Below are positions 52,540 through 62,689 of a DNA stretch of 64,000 bases, in pieces (the stretch's first letter is position 1; the number at the start of each line of letters is the position of its first letter). The notes under the pieces are model-generated. The model did not search any database and was not told where the DNA came from. It worked only from the letters and a program-made list of their open reading frames with translations. The position numbers and the translations under genes are program-made. Source of the DNA: Rhodospirillaceae bacterium (GTDB lineage Bacteria > Pseudomonadota > Alphaproteobacteria > Rhodospirillales > Rhodospirillaceae); NCBI GenBank assembly GCA_041919675.1, contig JAYRTJ010000006.1:1622-65621 (forward strand), in the 5' to 3' direction.

Positions 52540-53739
52540 ATGACTGCTGTACGCCGCCTGGTCATGACTGGTTCTGGAACCGCGCCGCCTTCGCGCGGGC
52601 TCCGCCCGCGCTCCGGCGTGCTGAACCGCCTTTGGATGATCGGCATCCATGTGTTCATGTTCGCCCTGCTCCTGACGGCGAGCTCGGCGCATGCGGCCTC
52701 GCGCGTGAAAGACATCGCCGGCTTCGAAGGCGTACGCGAGAACGTGCTGGTCGGCTACGGCCTGGTGTTCGGCCTGCAAGGCACCGGCGACGACCTGAAG
52801 AAGATCGGCGCCACCAAGCAGTCGCTGCTCGGCATGCTCGAGCGTCTCGGCATCAACAGCCGCGACGACCGCTTGGAAACGGCGAACGTCGCGGCGGTGA
52901 TGGTGACGGCCACACTGCCGGCGTTCGCGCGCCAGGGCGGCAAGGTCGACGTGACCATCAGCTCCATCGGCGACGCGGACAGCCTGCAGGGCGGGAGCCT
53001 CGCGGTCACCCCGCTGCTCGGCGCCGACGGCGAAGTGTATGCGCTGGCGCAAGGCAACGTGCAGGTCGGCGGCTTCACCGCGCAGGGCGCGGCGGCCACC
53101 GTGACCCGCGGTGTCCCCACGTCGGGCCGCATCCCCAACGGCGCCACCGTGGAACGTGAAGTGAATTTCGCGCTGACCGGCATGAAGGCCGTGAAGATCG
53201 CGCTGCATAACCCCGACCTGACCACCGCGCGCCGCATCTCGGACGCGATCAACGCCTACCTCGGCACCACCGCGTCGGCCGCGATGGATCCCGGTACGGT
53301 GCAAGTCGTGCAGCCGGAAGGCTACACCGGCACCATGGTCGAACTGATGACGGCCGTTGAACAGCTGCGCGTCGAGCCGGACCAGCCGGCGCGCGTGGTG
53401 ATCGATGAAAATACCGGCGTGATCGTCATCGGCGACGACGTGCGCATCTCCACGGTTGCGATCGCGCAGGGCAATCTCACCATCCGCGTCACCGAAACGC
53501 CGCAGGTTTCGCAGCCGGCGCCGTTCTCCGAAACCGGGGAAACGGTGGTCGTCCCCCGCACCGATATCGAGGTGGACGACGACAGCGATCGCCGTTTGGC
53601 CGTCGTGAACGCGGGCGTGTCGCTCCAGGAACTGGTGAACGGCCTCAATGCCCTCGGCGTCGGCCCGCGCGACATGATCTCGATCCTGCAGGCCGTCAAG
53701 GCCGCGGGCGCGATGCAGGCCGAAATCGAAGTGATGTAA
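52540..53739 (+). CDS. flgI: Flagellar P-ring protein FlgI
   Basis: Signal ...LLLTASSAHAASRVKDIAGFEGVRENVLVGYGLVFGLQGTGD...LQELVNGLNALGVGPRDMISILQAVKAAGAMQAEIEVM. Confidence 0.9.
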   Translation: MTAVRRLVMTGSGTAPPSRGLRPRSGVLNRLWMIGIHVFMFALLLTASSAHAASRVKDIAGFEGVRENVLVGYGLVFGLQGTGDDLKKIGATKQSLLGMLERLGINSRDDRLETANVAAVMVTATLPAFARQGGKVDVTISSIGDADSLQGGSLAVTPLLGADGEVYALAQGNVQVGGFTAQGAAATVTRGVPTSGRIPNGATVEREVNFALTGMKAVKIALHNPDLTTARRISDAINAYLGTTASAAMDPGTVQVVQPEGYTGTMVELMTAVEQLRVEPDQPARVVIDENTGVIVIGDDVRISTVAIAQGNLTIRVTETPQVSQPAPFSETGETVVVPRTDIEVDDDSDRRLAVVNAGVSLQELVNGLNALGVGPRDMISILQAVKAAGAMQAEIEVM

Positions 53740-53764
53740 GCGAGAAGATTTTAGGACAACGGAT

Positions 53765-54229
53765 ATGGACGCCGCCGCTTCGCTTCTCGACAACGCCAGA
53801 GACGCTTACGCCACGGGCCTGTCGGCCCAAGTGGCGAAGAAGACCGGCGGCAGCGCGCCGAGCGCGGCGTTGCCGGGCATGAAATTGTCCGCCGCCGACG
53901 AAAAGAAGGCGCGTCAGGCCGGCAAGGACTTCGAGGCTTTTTTCATCGGCCAGATGATGGAGCACATGATGGCGGGTATCGAAACGGATCCGACGTTCGG
54001 CGGCGGCCCCGGCGAGGACATGTGGCGCTCGATGCTGAACCAGGAATACGGCAAGGAACTGGCGAAGTCCGGCAAGCTGGGCATCGCCGACCATGTGATG
54101 CGCGGGATGCTGCTGGCGCAGGAACAGCGCGATCAGGGCACGACCCAGGTCCGCCTCTCCAAGACCGGACAGACCGGTGAAGAGCTGCAGACCGCAGCGC
54201 AGCCCGTCGTCAGCCAGATCCGCCGGTAG
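53765..54229 (+). CDS. Rod-binding protein (FlgJ N-terminal domain / CheL-like), no muramidase domain
   Basis: ARQAGKDFEAFFIGQMMEHMMAGI...GEDMWRSMLNQEYGKELAKSGKLGIADHV. Confidence 0.8.
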   Translation: MDAAASLLDNARDAYATGLSAQVAKKTGGSAPSAALPGMKLSAADEKKARQAGKDFEAFFIGQMMEHMMAGIETDPTFGGGPGEDMWRSMLNQEYGKELAKSGKLGIADHVMRGMLLAQEQRDQGTTQVRLSKTGQTGEELQTAAQPVVSQIRR

Positions 54230-54252
54230 TCAGTACGTAAAGAGTATCGCTC

Positions 54253-54870
54253 ATGAATATGGTCCGCCGAGATCTACCAAACCAAGCCCAGCGCACAACG
54301 ACGCCGGCCACGCCCGCGCGTCCAGGGGCGCCGGCGGGTCAGCGTCCCTTGAACATGCCGCAGCGTCCCGGCGCGGCGCCGCAGCCGCAAGCCGCGGCCG
54401 CGAGCCCGGCCCCGACCGGCGGCCGTCTCCTTCCGCCGTCCGCCAAAGCCGACGAGATGATGATGGTGATGCGCCAATTGACCGAACTCCTGACCAAGGA
54501 GAACGCGGCGCTGAAGAAGCACAAAATGGATGAAGTCAAAGCGCTTGCCGAACGGAAAGAACAGCTGGCGCGCCTTTACCAGGGGCACATGAACGCCGTG
54601 CACAAGAACAAGAACGTGCTCGCGGCCCTGGAGCCGGCCAAGAAAAACGCCATCGCCCATTCCGCCATGAAGCTCGGCGAGCTGATGCAGCAGAACGCCA
54701 GCCTTCTCAAGGCCAACATCGAGTCCATCAACATGTTCTTCAAGTCGGTGACGGAAGCCCTCAAGAACCGCCACGAAGAACGCTCCGCCTCCTACTCGCG
54801 CTCGGGATCCCTCGGCCAGTACGCCGTGACCAAGCGCAGCCTGGCGGTCAGCTTCAATCAGACGATGTGA
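54253..54870 (+). CDS. Flagellar-cluster protein, FlgN/FlaN-like candidate chaperone
   Basis: Pro/Ala-rich N-terminus, then helical LTELLTKENAALKKHKMDEVKALAERKEQLARLY... Lies directly upstream of flgK. The functional call rests on position and composition only. Confidence 0.5.
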   Translation: MNMVRRDLPNQAQRTTTPATPARPGAPAGQRPLNMPQRPGAAPQPQAAAASPAPTGGRLLPPSAKADEMMMVMRQLTELLTKENAALKKHKMDEVKALAERKEQLARLYQGHMNAVHKNKNVLAALEPAKKNAIAHSAMKLGELMQQNASLLKANIESINMFFKSVTEALKNRHEERSASYSRSGSLGQYAVTKRSLAVSFNQTM

Positions 54871-54878
54871 GCTAAGTC

Positions 54879-57065
54879 ATGTCGCTTAATCTCGCACTCA
54901 CTTCGGCGATCTCGGGCCTGCAAACGGCCCAGGCCGGCCTTGACGTCATCTCGAACAACATCGCGAACGTCCAGACCGAAGGCTATACCCGCAAGCAGTT
55001 CCAGCCGCAGTCCATCGTGCTCGCGGGCATGGGCGCGGGCGTCGCGCTGGGCGACATCGTCAACAAGGTCGACCAGAACCTGCTGCGCGACCTGCGCGGC
55101 CAGAAGAGCCAGCTCGGCCTCCTGCAGACGCAGAACAGCTATTTTCGCCGCGTCCAGGATACGTTCGGGACGACGCAGTCCAACAGCTCGATCTCGAATC
55201 AGCTGAACAAGATGCAGCAGGATTTCACCACGCTCACGGCCTCGCCGGAGACGGTGAGCCAGCAGCTCGCGGCCGTGCAGGCCGGCGTGTCGACGGCCCG
55301 CAATCTCGCGGACATGAGCAAGACCGTCCAGACCCTGCGCATGAACGCCGACGTGGAGATCGAGCAGTCGGTCCAGAACATCAATTCGCAGCTGACCAAC
55401 ATCGCGTTCCTGAACGATCAGATCGCCTTCAACGCGGCCACCAACCGCCAGACCGAAGACCTGGAAGACAAGCGCGACGTCGCGCTGAACAAACTGGCCG
55501 AACAGATCGACATTCGCTACTTCAAGAATGCCAACGGTTCGCTCACGGTGTTCACCAGCGACGGCACGACCCTTGTCGATTCCTCGCCGGTGCCGATGTC
55601 GCACGCGGCCCTGACGCAGGTCGGCCCGTCGACGAGCTACGCCGGCGGCGACTTCAACGGCATCTTCGCCGGGGTGCGCGACATCACCGGCTCGATCCGC
55701 GGCGGCAAGCTGAAAGGCTTGATCGAGATGCGCGACAACACCCTGCCCGACATGCAGGCGCAACTCGACGAACTCGCCCGCGCCCTCAAGGAGCAGGTGA
55801 ACCAGGTGCACAACCGCGGCACCTCGTATCCCAACATCGTCAACAACCTCACCGGCAGCCGCAAGTTCACTGCGCCGTCGGAGCAGGCCGTCACCTTCTC
55901 GGGCGCCGAGCCCGTGATCATGCTGTACAACCAGCAGGGCGAAGAAATCGCCTCGTCCCGCCTGTTCGACACCAGCGGCATCAACTTCACGAACGGCTCC
56001 TCGCTGGATGCCCTTGCCACGGACATGCAGAACTGGATCCAGGCGCAGGATCCGCAGCTCGTCAATGCGACGGTGCAGTTCACCGCCGACGGCCAGATGT
56101 CGATCAATCTCGGCACGGACGTGGTCGGCATCGCCTTCCGCGACGAAGAGTCGGCCATCAAGGGATCCAGCCAGAAGGACGTGACCGCGCAGGTCGATCT
56201 GGACGCCGACGGCACCTACGACAAGACCTACAAGGGCTTCTCGAACCTGTTCGGCCTGAACGACTATTTCGCGACGACGCCCAACCTCTCGCAGTGGGAT
56301 ACGGGCTTCAAGCCCGCCAATTATTCGCTGAATATCCCCGCGGCGACGACCTTGAAGTTCGCCGACGCCACCAGCATGGCGAGCGGCACCAACCAGATTT
56401 CGTCGATCACGATCAATCCGGCGGACTCGCTGGAAGTGATCCGCGACAAGATCAATTCGGACCCACTGCTGCAAAACCGGATCAGCGCCGACGTCATTCC
56501 GGAAGGTTCGGGCAAACGCCTGCGCATCCAGCATGAACAGGGCGAAGACCTGATCATCACGGAAGCCGGCGGCACCACGGGCATGGACTCGCTCGGCCTC
56601 AATTGGACCGCGACCGGGTACTCGCAGAACCTGAAGGTCAGCCAGACCCTGGTGGACGACAGTTCGCGCATTGCACGCGGCGACATTCAGCTCGACCCCT
56701 TGACGGGCGAGTACCTGCTGGCGAACGGCGACAACACCGTCATCGCCCAACTCGCGGCGGTCATGACCGGCCCCGGTTCGTTCCTGCCGGCCGGTTCACT
56801 GTCGGGGTCCGGCGTGACCTTCGCGGACTACGGCGCGGCGATCGTCTCGCGCTCCTCGACCCAGGCGGCGTCGGCCGACACGAATTTGAAGCTGCAGGGC
56901 GATCTGCACGAAGCGCTCGAAACCAAGCAGTCGGAAGTCTCGGGCGTGAACCTCGACGAAGAAATGTCCCAGCTGATGGTCTACCAGCAAACCTACGCCG
57001 CCTCGGCAAAGGTGATCTCGACGACCCAGCAGCTGCTGGATATCTTGAATGACCTGATCCGCTAG
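54879..57065 (+). CDS. flgK: Flagellar hook-associated protein 1, FlgK
   Basis: MSLNLALTSAISGLQTAQAGLDVISNNIANVQTEGYTRK...VNLDEEMSQLMVYQQTYAASAKVISTTQQLLDILNDLIR. Confidence 0.9.
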   Translation: MSLNLALTSAISGLQTAQAGLDVISNNIANVQTEGYTRKQFQPQSIVLAGMGAGVALGDIVNKVDQNLLRDLRGQKSQLGLLQTQNSYFRRVQDTFGTTQSNSSISNQLNKMQQDFTTLTASPETVSQQLAAVQAGVSTARNLADMSKTVQTLRMNADVEIEQSVQNINSQLTNIAFLNDQIAFNAATNRQTEDLEDKRDVALNKLAEQIDIRYFKNANGSLTVFTSDGTTLVDSSPVPMSHAALTQVGPSTSYAGGDFNGIFAGVRDITGSIRGGKLKGLIEMRDNTLPDMQAQLDELARALKEQVNQVHNRGTSYPNIVNNLTGSRKFTAPSEQAVTFSGAEPVIMLYNQQGEEIASSRLFDTSGINFTNGSSLDALATDMQNWIQAQDPQLVNATVQFTADGQMSINLGTDVVGIAFRDEESAIKGSSQKDVTAQVDLDADGTYDKTYKGFSNLFGLNDYFATTPNLSQWDTGFKPANYSLNIPAATTLKFADATSMASGTNQISSITINPADSLEVIRDKINSDPLLQNRISADVIPEGSGKRLRIQHEQGEDLIITEAGGTTGMDSLGLNWTATGYSQNLKVSQTLVDDSSRIARGDIQLDPLTGEYLLANGDNTVIAQLAAVMTGPGSFLPAGSLSGSGVTFADYGAAIVSRSSTQAASADTNLKLQGDLHEALETKQSEVSGVNLDEEMSQLMVYQQTYAASAKVISTTQQLLDILNDLIR

Positions 57066-57200
57066 GGATTCAACGAGCCAAGATGATGTCCAAGACTTTT
57101 GATTTTGCGCGCGCTCTTGTCGGAAAACCGGAAGACCACTTTTCCGGATCGCGCGCCTTGAACGATCTGATCCGGTAACGGATGAGATAGGAGTAGAGCC

Positions 57201-58766
57201 ATGGTCACGCGTATTTCAACGTCGGTCTCGAACCAGGTCCTGGTCAACCGCATGCTGGAGCAGCAGCAGCGGGTGAACAACGAACAGCAGCAGCTGTCGA
57301 CCGGCTTCAAGTCGCAGGACTACATCGGCATCGCGCAGGACAGCTTCCGCCTCCTGAATATCGAAAACGAGCGCGCGCGCCTTTCGCGTTACATGGCCAA
57401 CAACGACCTCTTGGCGACCACCCTCAAGGCTCAAGCGACCTCGGCCACGGGCGTCGACGACACGGCCCGCATGATCCGCAGCGAACTGATCCAGTTCGCC
57501 AGCCGCGACCTGACGGCGCAGAACCCCGAGACCCAGACGGCGGTGCAGGATCTGCAGCAGAAGGTGTTCTCGGCCTTCAGCCAGGTGCAGTACTTCCTCA
57601 CCCAGAAGATCGACGGCAAGTACATTTTCGGCGGCGCCAAAAGCGACACGCCCCCGATCAGCTTCGACTATAAGAGCCTGCGGGAGTTCCAGCAGTTCTA
57701 CGACGGCATCAACGCCGTCTTTCCGTCCACGCGCGTGGCGAATCTCGTGGACCTGTCGATCGAGAACAAGAACGTGAACTACACGAGCACGACCGTCGCC
57801 TCCAACCCGATGACGCTGGTGACCGGCTCGGCGAACGATTTCATCACGTCCACCATCGACCAGACCGCGACCGGCAACCTCCTGTTCTCCAACGTGGGGT
57901 CCAACGGCAAGATCACCGCGACCACGCCGGGTTCTTTCCGCGCCCTCCAGGTCGGCCAGACCTTCATCCTCGACGGTTCGACCTTGTCGAACAACGGCGT
58001 CTACACCATCACCGGGGTGTCGCCCGACGGCATGACCATCACCCTCGACCAGAACGTGACCGCGGGCGCCGAAACCTCGGGCTCGGTGGAGATGGGCCTT
58101 ACAATTCCCAACGGCACCGCGATGGCGCTTTCGGGCTCCACCAACGGCAACAACGGCGCCTACACCGTGCGTTGGCCGACGAACGCGGAACTGGCGGCGG
58201 CGGGTTACGATCCCAACGCCGGCCAAGTCGTCAGCGGCGACATGATCTTCCTGGACAACCAAGTGCCCGTTTCGGGCGTGCCCGAGACCATCAGCCTCAA
58301 CTCCCGCGCCTTCCTGACAGGCACCAGCCTGTCCACGGAACAGCGCATCAGCGACACGCAATCGCTTTCCTTGGACGTGACCGGCCTCGATCCGGCCTTC
58401 GAGAAACTCACCCGCGCGCTCGGCATCATCGCGCAGGGCGACCTGATCAATAACCCGGACCGGGTGCAGCAGGCCCTGGCCATCATCAATGACGCCATTG
58501 AACATTCGCCGTTGCAGCCGACGGAAGAAAAGAGCGACCTGCAAGCCGTGCAGGACCGCATCGGCATCAACCAGCGCGCCCTGGAAGACGCAAAAGGCGT
58601 GCAGACCTCGTTCCTCGCCTTCCTCGAAGGCCGCCAGAACGAGCTGGAAAAGGCGGACACGACCGAAGTCGCCGTGCGCCTCCAGACGGACAGCCAGGTG
58701 CTGCAGATCTCCTACGCTTCGCTCGCGAAGATGCAGGAGCTGACGCTGCTGAATTACCTGCGGTAA
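57201..58766 (+). CDS. flgL: Flagellar hook-associated protein 3, FlgL (long form, 521 aa)
   Basis: MVTRISTSVSNQVLVNRMLEQQQRVNNEQQQLSTGFK...TEVAVRLQTDSQVLQISYASLAKMQELTLLNYLR. RBS TAGGAG. Confidence 0.85.
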   Translation: MVTRISTSVSNQVLVNRMLEQQQRVNNEQQQLSTGFKSQDYIGIAQDSFRLLNIENERARLSRYMANNDLLATTLKAQATSATGVDDTARMIRSELIQFASRDLTAQNPETQTAVQDLQQKVFSAFSQVQYFLTQKIDGKYIFGGAKSDTPPISFDYKSLREFQQFYDGINAVFPSTRVANLVDLSIENKNVNYTSTTVASNPMTLVTGSANDFITSTIDQTATGNLLFSNVGSNGKITATTPGSFRALQVGQTFILDGSTLSNNGVYTITGVSPDGMTITLDQNVTAGAETSGSVEMGLTIPNGTAMALSGSTNGNNGAYTVRWPTNAELAAAGYDPNAGQVVSGDMIFLDNQVPVSGVPETISLNSRAFLTGTSLSTEQRISDTQSLSLDVTGLDPAFEKLTRALGIIAQGDLINNPDRVQQALAIINDAIEHSPLQPTEEKSDLQAVQDRIGINQRALEDAKGVQTSFLAFLEGRQNELEKADTTEVAVRLQTDSQVLQISYASLAKMQELTLLNYLR

Positions 58767-58820
58767 TCAACGGCCCGCGAGGGCGGCGCAGGCGGAAATT
58801 ATATCCGATAAATTTCGCTG

Positions 58821-60137
58821 CTACTCCGCGTGGAGCGGAAAGGCGCCGAACAGGAGGCCGGCGATCAGCAGGACAATGCTGGTCGCCGTCGCCCATTTCA
58901 GGGTGAACTTCTGATACTCGCCGAAGTCCACGCCCGCGAGACCGGCCAGGAGCCAGGTCGAGGGCACGAGCGGGCTGAGGAGATGGACCGGTTGGCCGAC
59001 GAGCGCGGCGCTGGCCATCTGCTGCGCCGACAGGCCGTAGTGCGCGGCGGCCTCGGCCAGGACCGGCAGCATCCCGAAATAGAACGCGTCGTTCGAGATG
59101 AAGAAGGTCATCGGGATGCTGACGAGCCCCGTGATGGGCGCGAGATAAGGCCCAAGAGACGGCGGGATCACGGCGAGCAGGCTCTTGGACATCGCCTCGA
59201 CCATGCCGGTCCCGGAAAGTATGCCGGTGAAAATCCCGGCCGCGAAAATCAGGGAGACGACCGCGAGCACATTGGGCGCGTGCTGCGCGACCCTGGCCTT
59301 CAGGACCGCGGGCTGCGGATAGTTCAGCGTGGCGGCGGCCGCGAAGCCGCACATGAACAGGACGGGGAGCGGCAGCACCGCCATGACCAAGAGCACCATG
59401 AGCAGCAGCGTCAGCACGGCATTCACATACACCAGGCGCGGCCGGCACATGGCGGGATCGGTGGAGACGCTGAAAGCCGCCTCCTCAAGGAGCGTGTCCG
59501 CCGCGCCGGGCAGCGACAGCGCACCGAGCCGCTTGCGCTCCCGGCGCCCCAGATAGATCGCGAGCAGAACCAGCCAGCAAAGCCCCACGGCCATGGCCGG
59601 GACGAGCGGGATGAAGACGCCCGAGGAATCGATCCGCAGCGCGGTGGCCGCGCGCGCGGTGGGTCCGCCCCAGGGAATAATGTTCATGATGCCGCTGGCG
59701 TTCAGCAGCAGGCAGGCCATGATCATCGGGTTGAGGCCGATGCGCCGGTAGAGCGGCATGAACGCGGCCGCGGTGATCATGTAAGTCGTCGAACCGTCGC
59801 CGTCGAGCGAGACCAGCGCGGCGAGCACGGCCGATCCGACCACGACCTTCACCGGATCGTTGCCGACGATTTTCAGCAGCGTCCGCACGATGGGATCGAA
59901 CAGGCCCGCATCCGTCACGATGCCGAAATACAGGATCGCGAACATCAGCATCACGCCGGTGGACACCATGCGTGCGATGCCGTCGAGCATCATGGGGCCG
60001 AGCTGACCGCCGAAGCCGGCAAGAAGGCCGAAGGCGATGGGAACGACGATGAGCGCGACAATGGGCGCCATGCGCTTCGTCATGATCAGGATCATGAACG
60101 CCGCGACCATCAGGAAGCCGAGTGCGGACAACATCAT
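58821..60137 (-). CDS. CitMHS family citrate/divalent-cation:H+ symporter
   Basis: MMLSALGFLMVAAFMILIMTKRMAPIVALIVVPIAFGLLAGFG... is a typical CitM N-terminus. Polytopic membrane protein. Start trimmed to 60137. Confidence 0.85.
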   Translation of the reverse strand: MMLSALGFLMVAAFMILIMTKRMAPIVALIVVPIAFGLLAGFGGQLGPMMLDGIARMVSTGVMLMFAILYFGIVTDAGLFDPIVRTLLKIVGNDPVKVVVGSAVLAALVSLDGDGSTTYMITAAAFMPLYRRIGLNPMIMACLLLNASGIMNIIPWGGPTARAATALRIDSSGVFIPLVPAMAVGLCWLVLLAIYLGRRERKRLGALSLPGAADTLLEEAAFSVSTDPAMCRPRLVYVNAVLTLLLMVLLVMAVLPLPVLFMCGFAAAATLNYPQPAVLKARVAQHAPNVLAVVSLIFAAGIFTGILSGTGMVEAMSKSLLAVIPPSLGPYLAPITGLVSIPMTFFISNDAFYFGMLPVLAEAAAHYGLSAQQMASAALVGQPVHLLSPLVPSTWLLAGLAGVDFGEYQKFTLKWATATSIVLLIAGLLFGAFPLHAE

Positions 60138-60253
60138 CGGGCGCGCCCGTCTACAACAGGCGCCGAGGCGCGGCGCGGCCCTCCCAGCATGGACATCTCC
60201 CCCCACCACGACGACCACGACGACCATGGCGGCCATCGTGGAACAAGTTTAGC

Positions 60254-62173
60254 TTATTCGACCATCGCGCGGTAGGCGCTCTCAAGGTCGCGGGTATAGG
60301 TGAGGCCGTCGCAAAGGCGCGACGCGCGCATCTGTTCGCGAAGCGTGGCGCGCAGAGCGGCGAGGGTCTGGGGATCGGAGATCGCCGTATCGACGATTCC
60401 CTGGATTTCGTCTTCCTTCGACGCGCACCAGGCCCTCAAGCCCGCGCTTGTCAGAAGGCTGGCGCCGACGCGCGCCGCATGGCCTTTGCCCGCGAGCGAG
60501 ACGACAGGCACGCCCATCCACAACGCCTCGCAGGTGGTTGTCGTGCCGTTGTAGGGAAAGGTGTCGAGCGCGATGTCGATCTCGCCATAGGCGGCGAGAT
60601 GCCCTTTGTCGCCGGGCTCCCAGCCGCGCAGATCGAGGCGCGCCGCATCGATGCCGTGCGCGGCGAAGCGGCGCCGCAGCGCGGCGCACGTATCCCCTTC
60701 CACGAGCGGCTTGCTCTTGAGCACAAGGCGCGCGCCGGGAACCGCGTTCAGGATGCCGGCCCAGAGGCGCACCGTGTGATCGCCGATCTTGGCGAGCTTG
60801 TTGAACGAGCCGAACGTCACGTACCCGCGCGCGCGCAGGGGCAACGGCGAAACCGCAGGCGCGTTTTCGGGCGGCGTGAAACAGTGCAGCGCATGCAGGC
60901 GCATGAGCTCCTCCGTCGTGTAAATTTCACTGCCCGGCGGATCCGTGACCGCGTCGCAAAGCCGGTAGTCCATCGCCGAAACACCCGTGGTGGCCGGATA
61001 TCCCAGCGCGCTGACCTGCACCGGCGCGGCGCGTTTGGCGAAGACCGACAGCCGGTTTCCATTGGTGTGGCCCGAGAGGTCCACCAGCACGTCGATCCCG
61101 GTCTCGCGGATCGCGGCGCGCAGGCGTTCGTCGTCCCAGGCCGCGACGTCGTGCCAGTGCGGCGTCATTTTCCTCAGCCTTGCCGTGACGTCGTCGGGCT
61201 GAACGACGTCCGAATAGGCATGGACCTCGACCTCGCGCGGATCGTGGTGACGCAGCAGCTCCTCGACGAAGAAACTGACCGAATGGCGCCGGAAATCGGC
61301 GGACACGTAACCCAGCTTAAGCGGTTTGCGGGCGGCATGGGGCGCGGGGGGAACCGGGAGATGCAGTTCGTGGCCCCAGGCGCGGTGGTGCGCGCAAATC
61401 TTCGCCGGATCGGTTTCGACATAGATATCGAGGTAAAGGCGATTGTCGGCCGCGTGGCGGTTGAGCGGCCCTTGGGCGAGCGCGGCATCGAACGTGCGGC
61501 GCGCGTTGTCGATGGCGCCCTGTTCAAGCTGGGCGACCCCGAGATTGATGCGCGCGGCGATGTTGTGCGGGTCGATCTCGAGCGCCTTGGCATGCGCGGC
61601 GGCGGCGGCGATGTAGCGCCCCTGCCCCGCGAGCGCCGCGCCGAGATTATTGTGCGTCGCCGAAACCCCGGGCGCGAGCGCGATGGACCTCGCGAACGCC
61701 TCGCGCGCCGCGTCGGGGCGTCCGGCATCGTCGTAGAGAAGGCCGAGATTGTTCCACGCGCCCGCTTGATCGGGATGCAAGGCCAGGGACGCGCGGTACG
61801 CCGTTTCGGACTCTTCGATCCGTCCGGCACGATGGTGCAAAAGGCCGAGGTTGAAATGAAGCGCGGCGTCGGGCGGCCGCAGCGTACCGGCGTGCGTGAG
61901 AGCCGCCAGCGCCTCGTCAAAACGCCCCAATTCGCGCAGCGCCTGGCCGCGCAGAACCTGCGCATCGGCGTCGGCGGCGTTTCCCGCGATCAAACGGTCG
62001 GCGAAGATCAGAGCCTCGCCGTGATGGCCGATCTCGAGACACAGCACCGCCGCCAGGTGCAAAGCCTCGCGCGGCGCATCGGCGGCGCGCGCGAGATCGT
62101 GCACCGTATGCCAAGCGGCATCCGGCAGGCCTTGATCGTAGTATTTGAGAGCGAGACTGAGGCGAGGATCCAT
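60254..62173 (-). CDS. TPR-repeat protein with GT41 (SPINDLY/OGT-like) glycosyltransferase domain
   Basis: TPR N-terminal half. VSALGYPATTGVSAMDYRLCD, VTFGSFNKLAKIGDHT, DIALDTFPYNGTTTTCEALWMGVPVVSLAGKGHAARVG. Confidence 0.85.
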   Translation of the reverse strand: MDPRLSLALKYYDQGLPDAAWHTVHDLARAADAPREALHLAAVLCLEIGHHGEALIFADRLIAGNAADADAQVLRGQALRELGRFDEALAALTHAGTLRPPDAALHFNLGLLHHRAGRIEESETAYRASLALHPDQAGAWNNLGLLYDDAGRPDAAREAFARSIALAPGVSATHNNLGAALAGQGRYIAAAAAHAKALEIDPHNIAARINLGVAQLEQGAIDNARRTFDAALAQGPLNRHAADNRLYLDIYVETDPAKICAHHRAWGHELHLPVPPAPHAARKPLKLGYVSADFRRHSVSFFVEELLRHHDPREVEVHAYSDVVQPDDVTARLRKMTPHWHDVAAWDDERLRAAIRETGIDVLVDLSGHTNGNRLSVFAKRAAPVQVSALGYPATTGVSAMDYRLCDAVTDPPGSEIYTTEELMRLHALHCFTPPENAPAVSPLPLRARGYVTFGSFNKLAKIGDHTVRLWAGILNAVPGARLVLKSKPLVEGDTCAALRRRFAAHGIDAARLDLRGWEPGDKGHLAAYGEIDIALDTFPYNGTTTTCEALWMGVPVVSLAGKGHAARVGASLLTSAGLRAWCASKEDEIQGIVDTAISDPQTLAALRATLREQMRASRLCDGLTYTRDLESAYRAMVE

Positions 62174-62226
62174 CGCCTCTTATAACCTGAAGAACGCCTC
62201 TCCAGGTTACAAGAATGCGGTTTGGA

Positions 62227-62505
62227 TTATTGGGCCGACGGAACGACGGCGCTGGTGGCGGCGACCGCCGGGTTGGCGCCGGCGCGCTTGTCGAGCAGGC
62301 TGGCGATCTTCGCCGTATAAACGCGATTGATCTCCGCCTGCTTGGCTTGGTCTTCCAGGGCGGCGGTCATCTGCACGCGGCACTCGTGACGGTCACTGGC
62401 CAGCAGCTTCGAAGAGTTGCAAACCCGCGTGTAGTCCGTCGCGGCGACGGCGACGTTCGCGGCGCCGAGGCTCAGCAGGGCGGCAAAAGACAGAACCAGT
62501 TTCAT
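62227..62505 (-). CDS. Small secreted protein (92 aa)
   Basis: AGGAG lies 6 nt before the ATG. Signal MKLVLSFAALLSLGAANVAVAA. Two Cys residues. Sits between two GT41-type genes on the same strand. Confidence 0.6.
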   Translation of the reverse strand: MKLVLSFAALLSLGAANVAVAATDYTRVCNSSKLLASDRHECRVQMTAALEDQAKQAEINRVYTAKIASLLDKRAGANPAVAATSAVVPSAQ

Positions 62506-62689
62506 GACGCACTCCTAAATCGAAATGGAAAGCTCGTTGGGCGGCTCTCCTTGGAAGACGAGGCGGGAATGTATGGGCCGACATGCGCCGGCGCAAGGAT
62601 GCATGCTGCATGGCAGCAATGCACGGGAAAATACCTTATATGCTATTGATTTAATTTAATAATATGACCGCTGTCACCGGCGGTTCACA

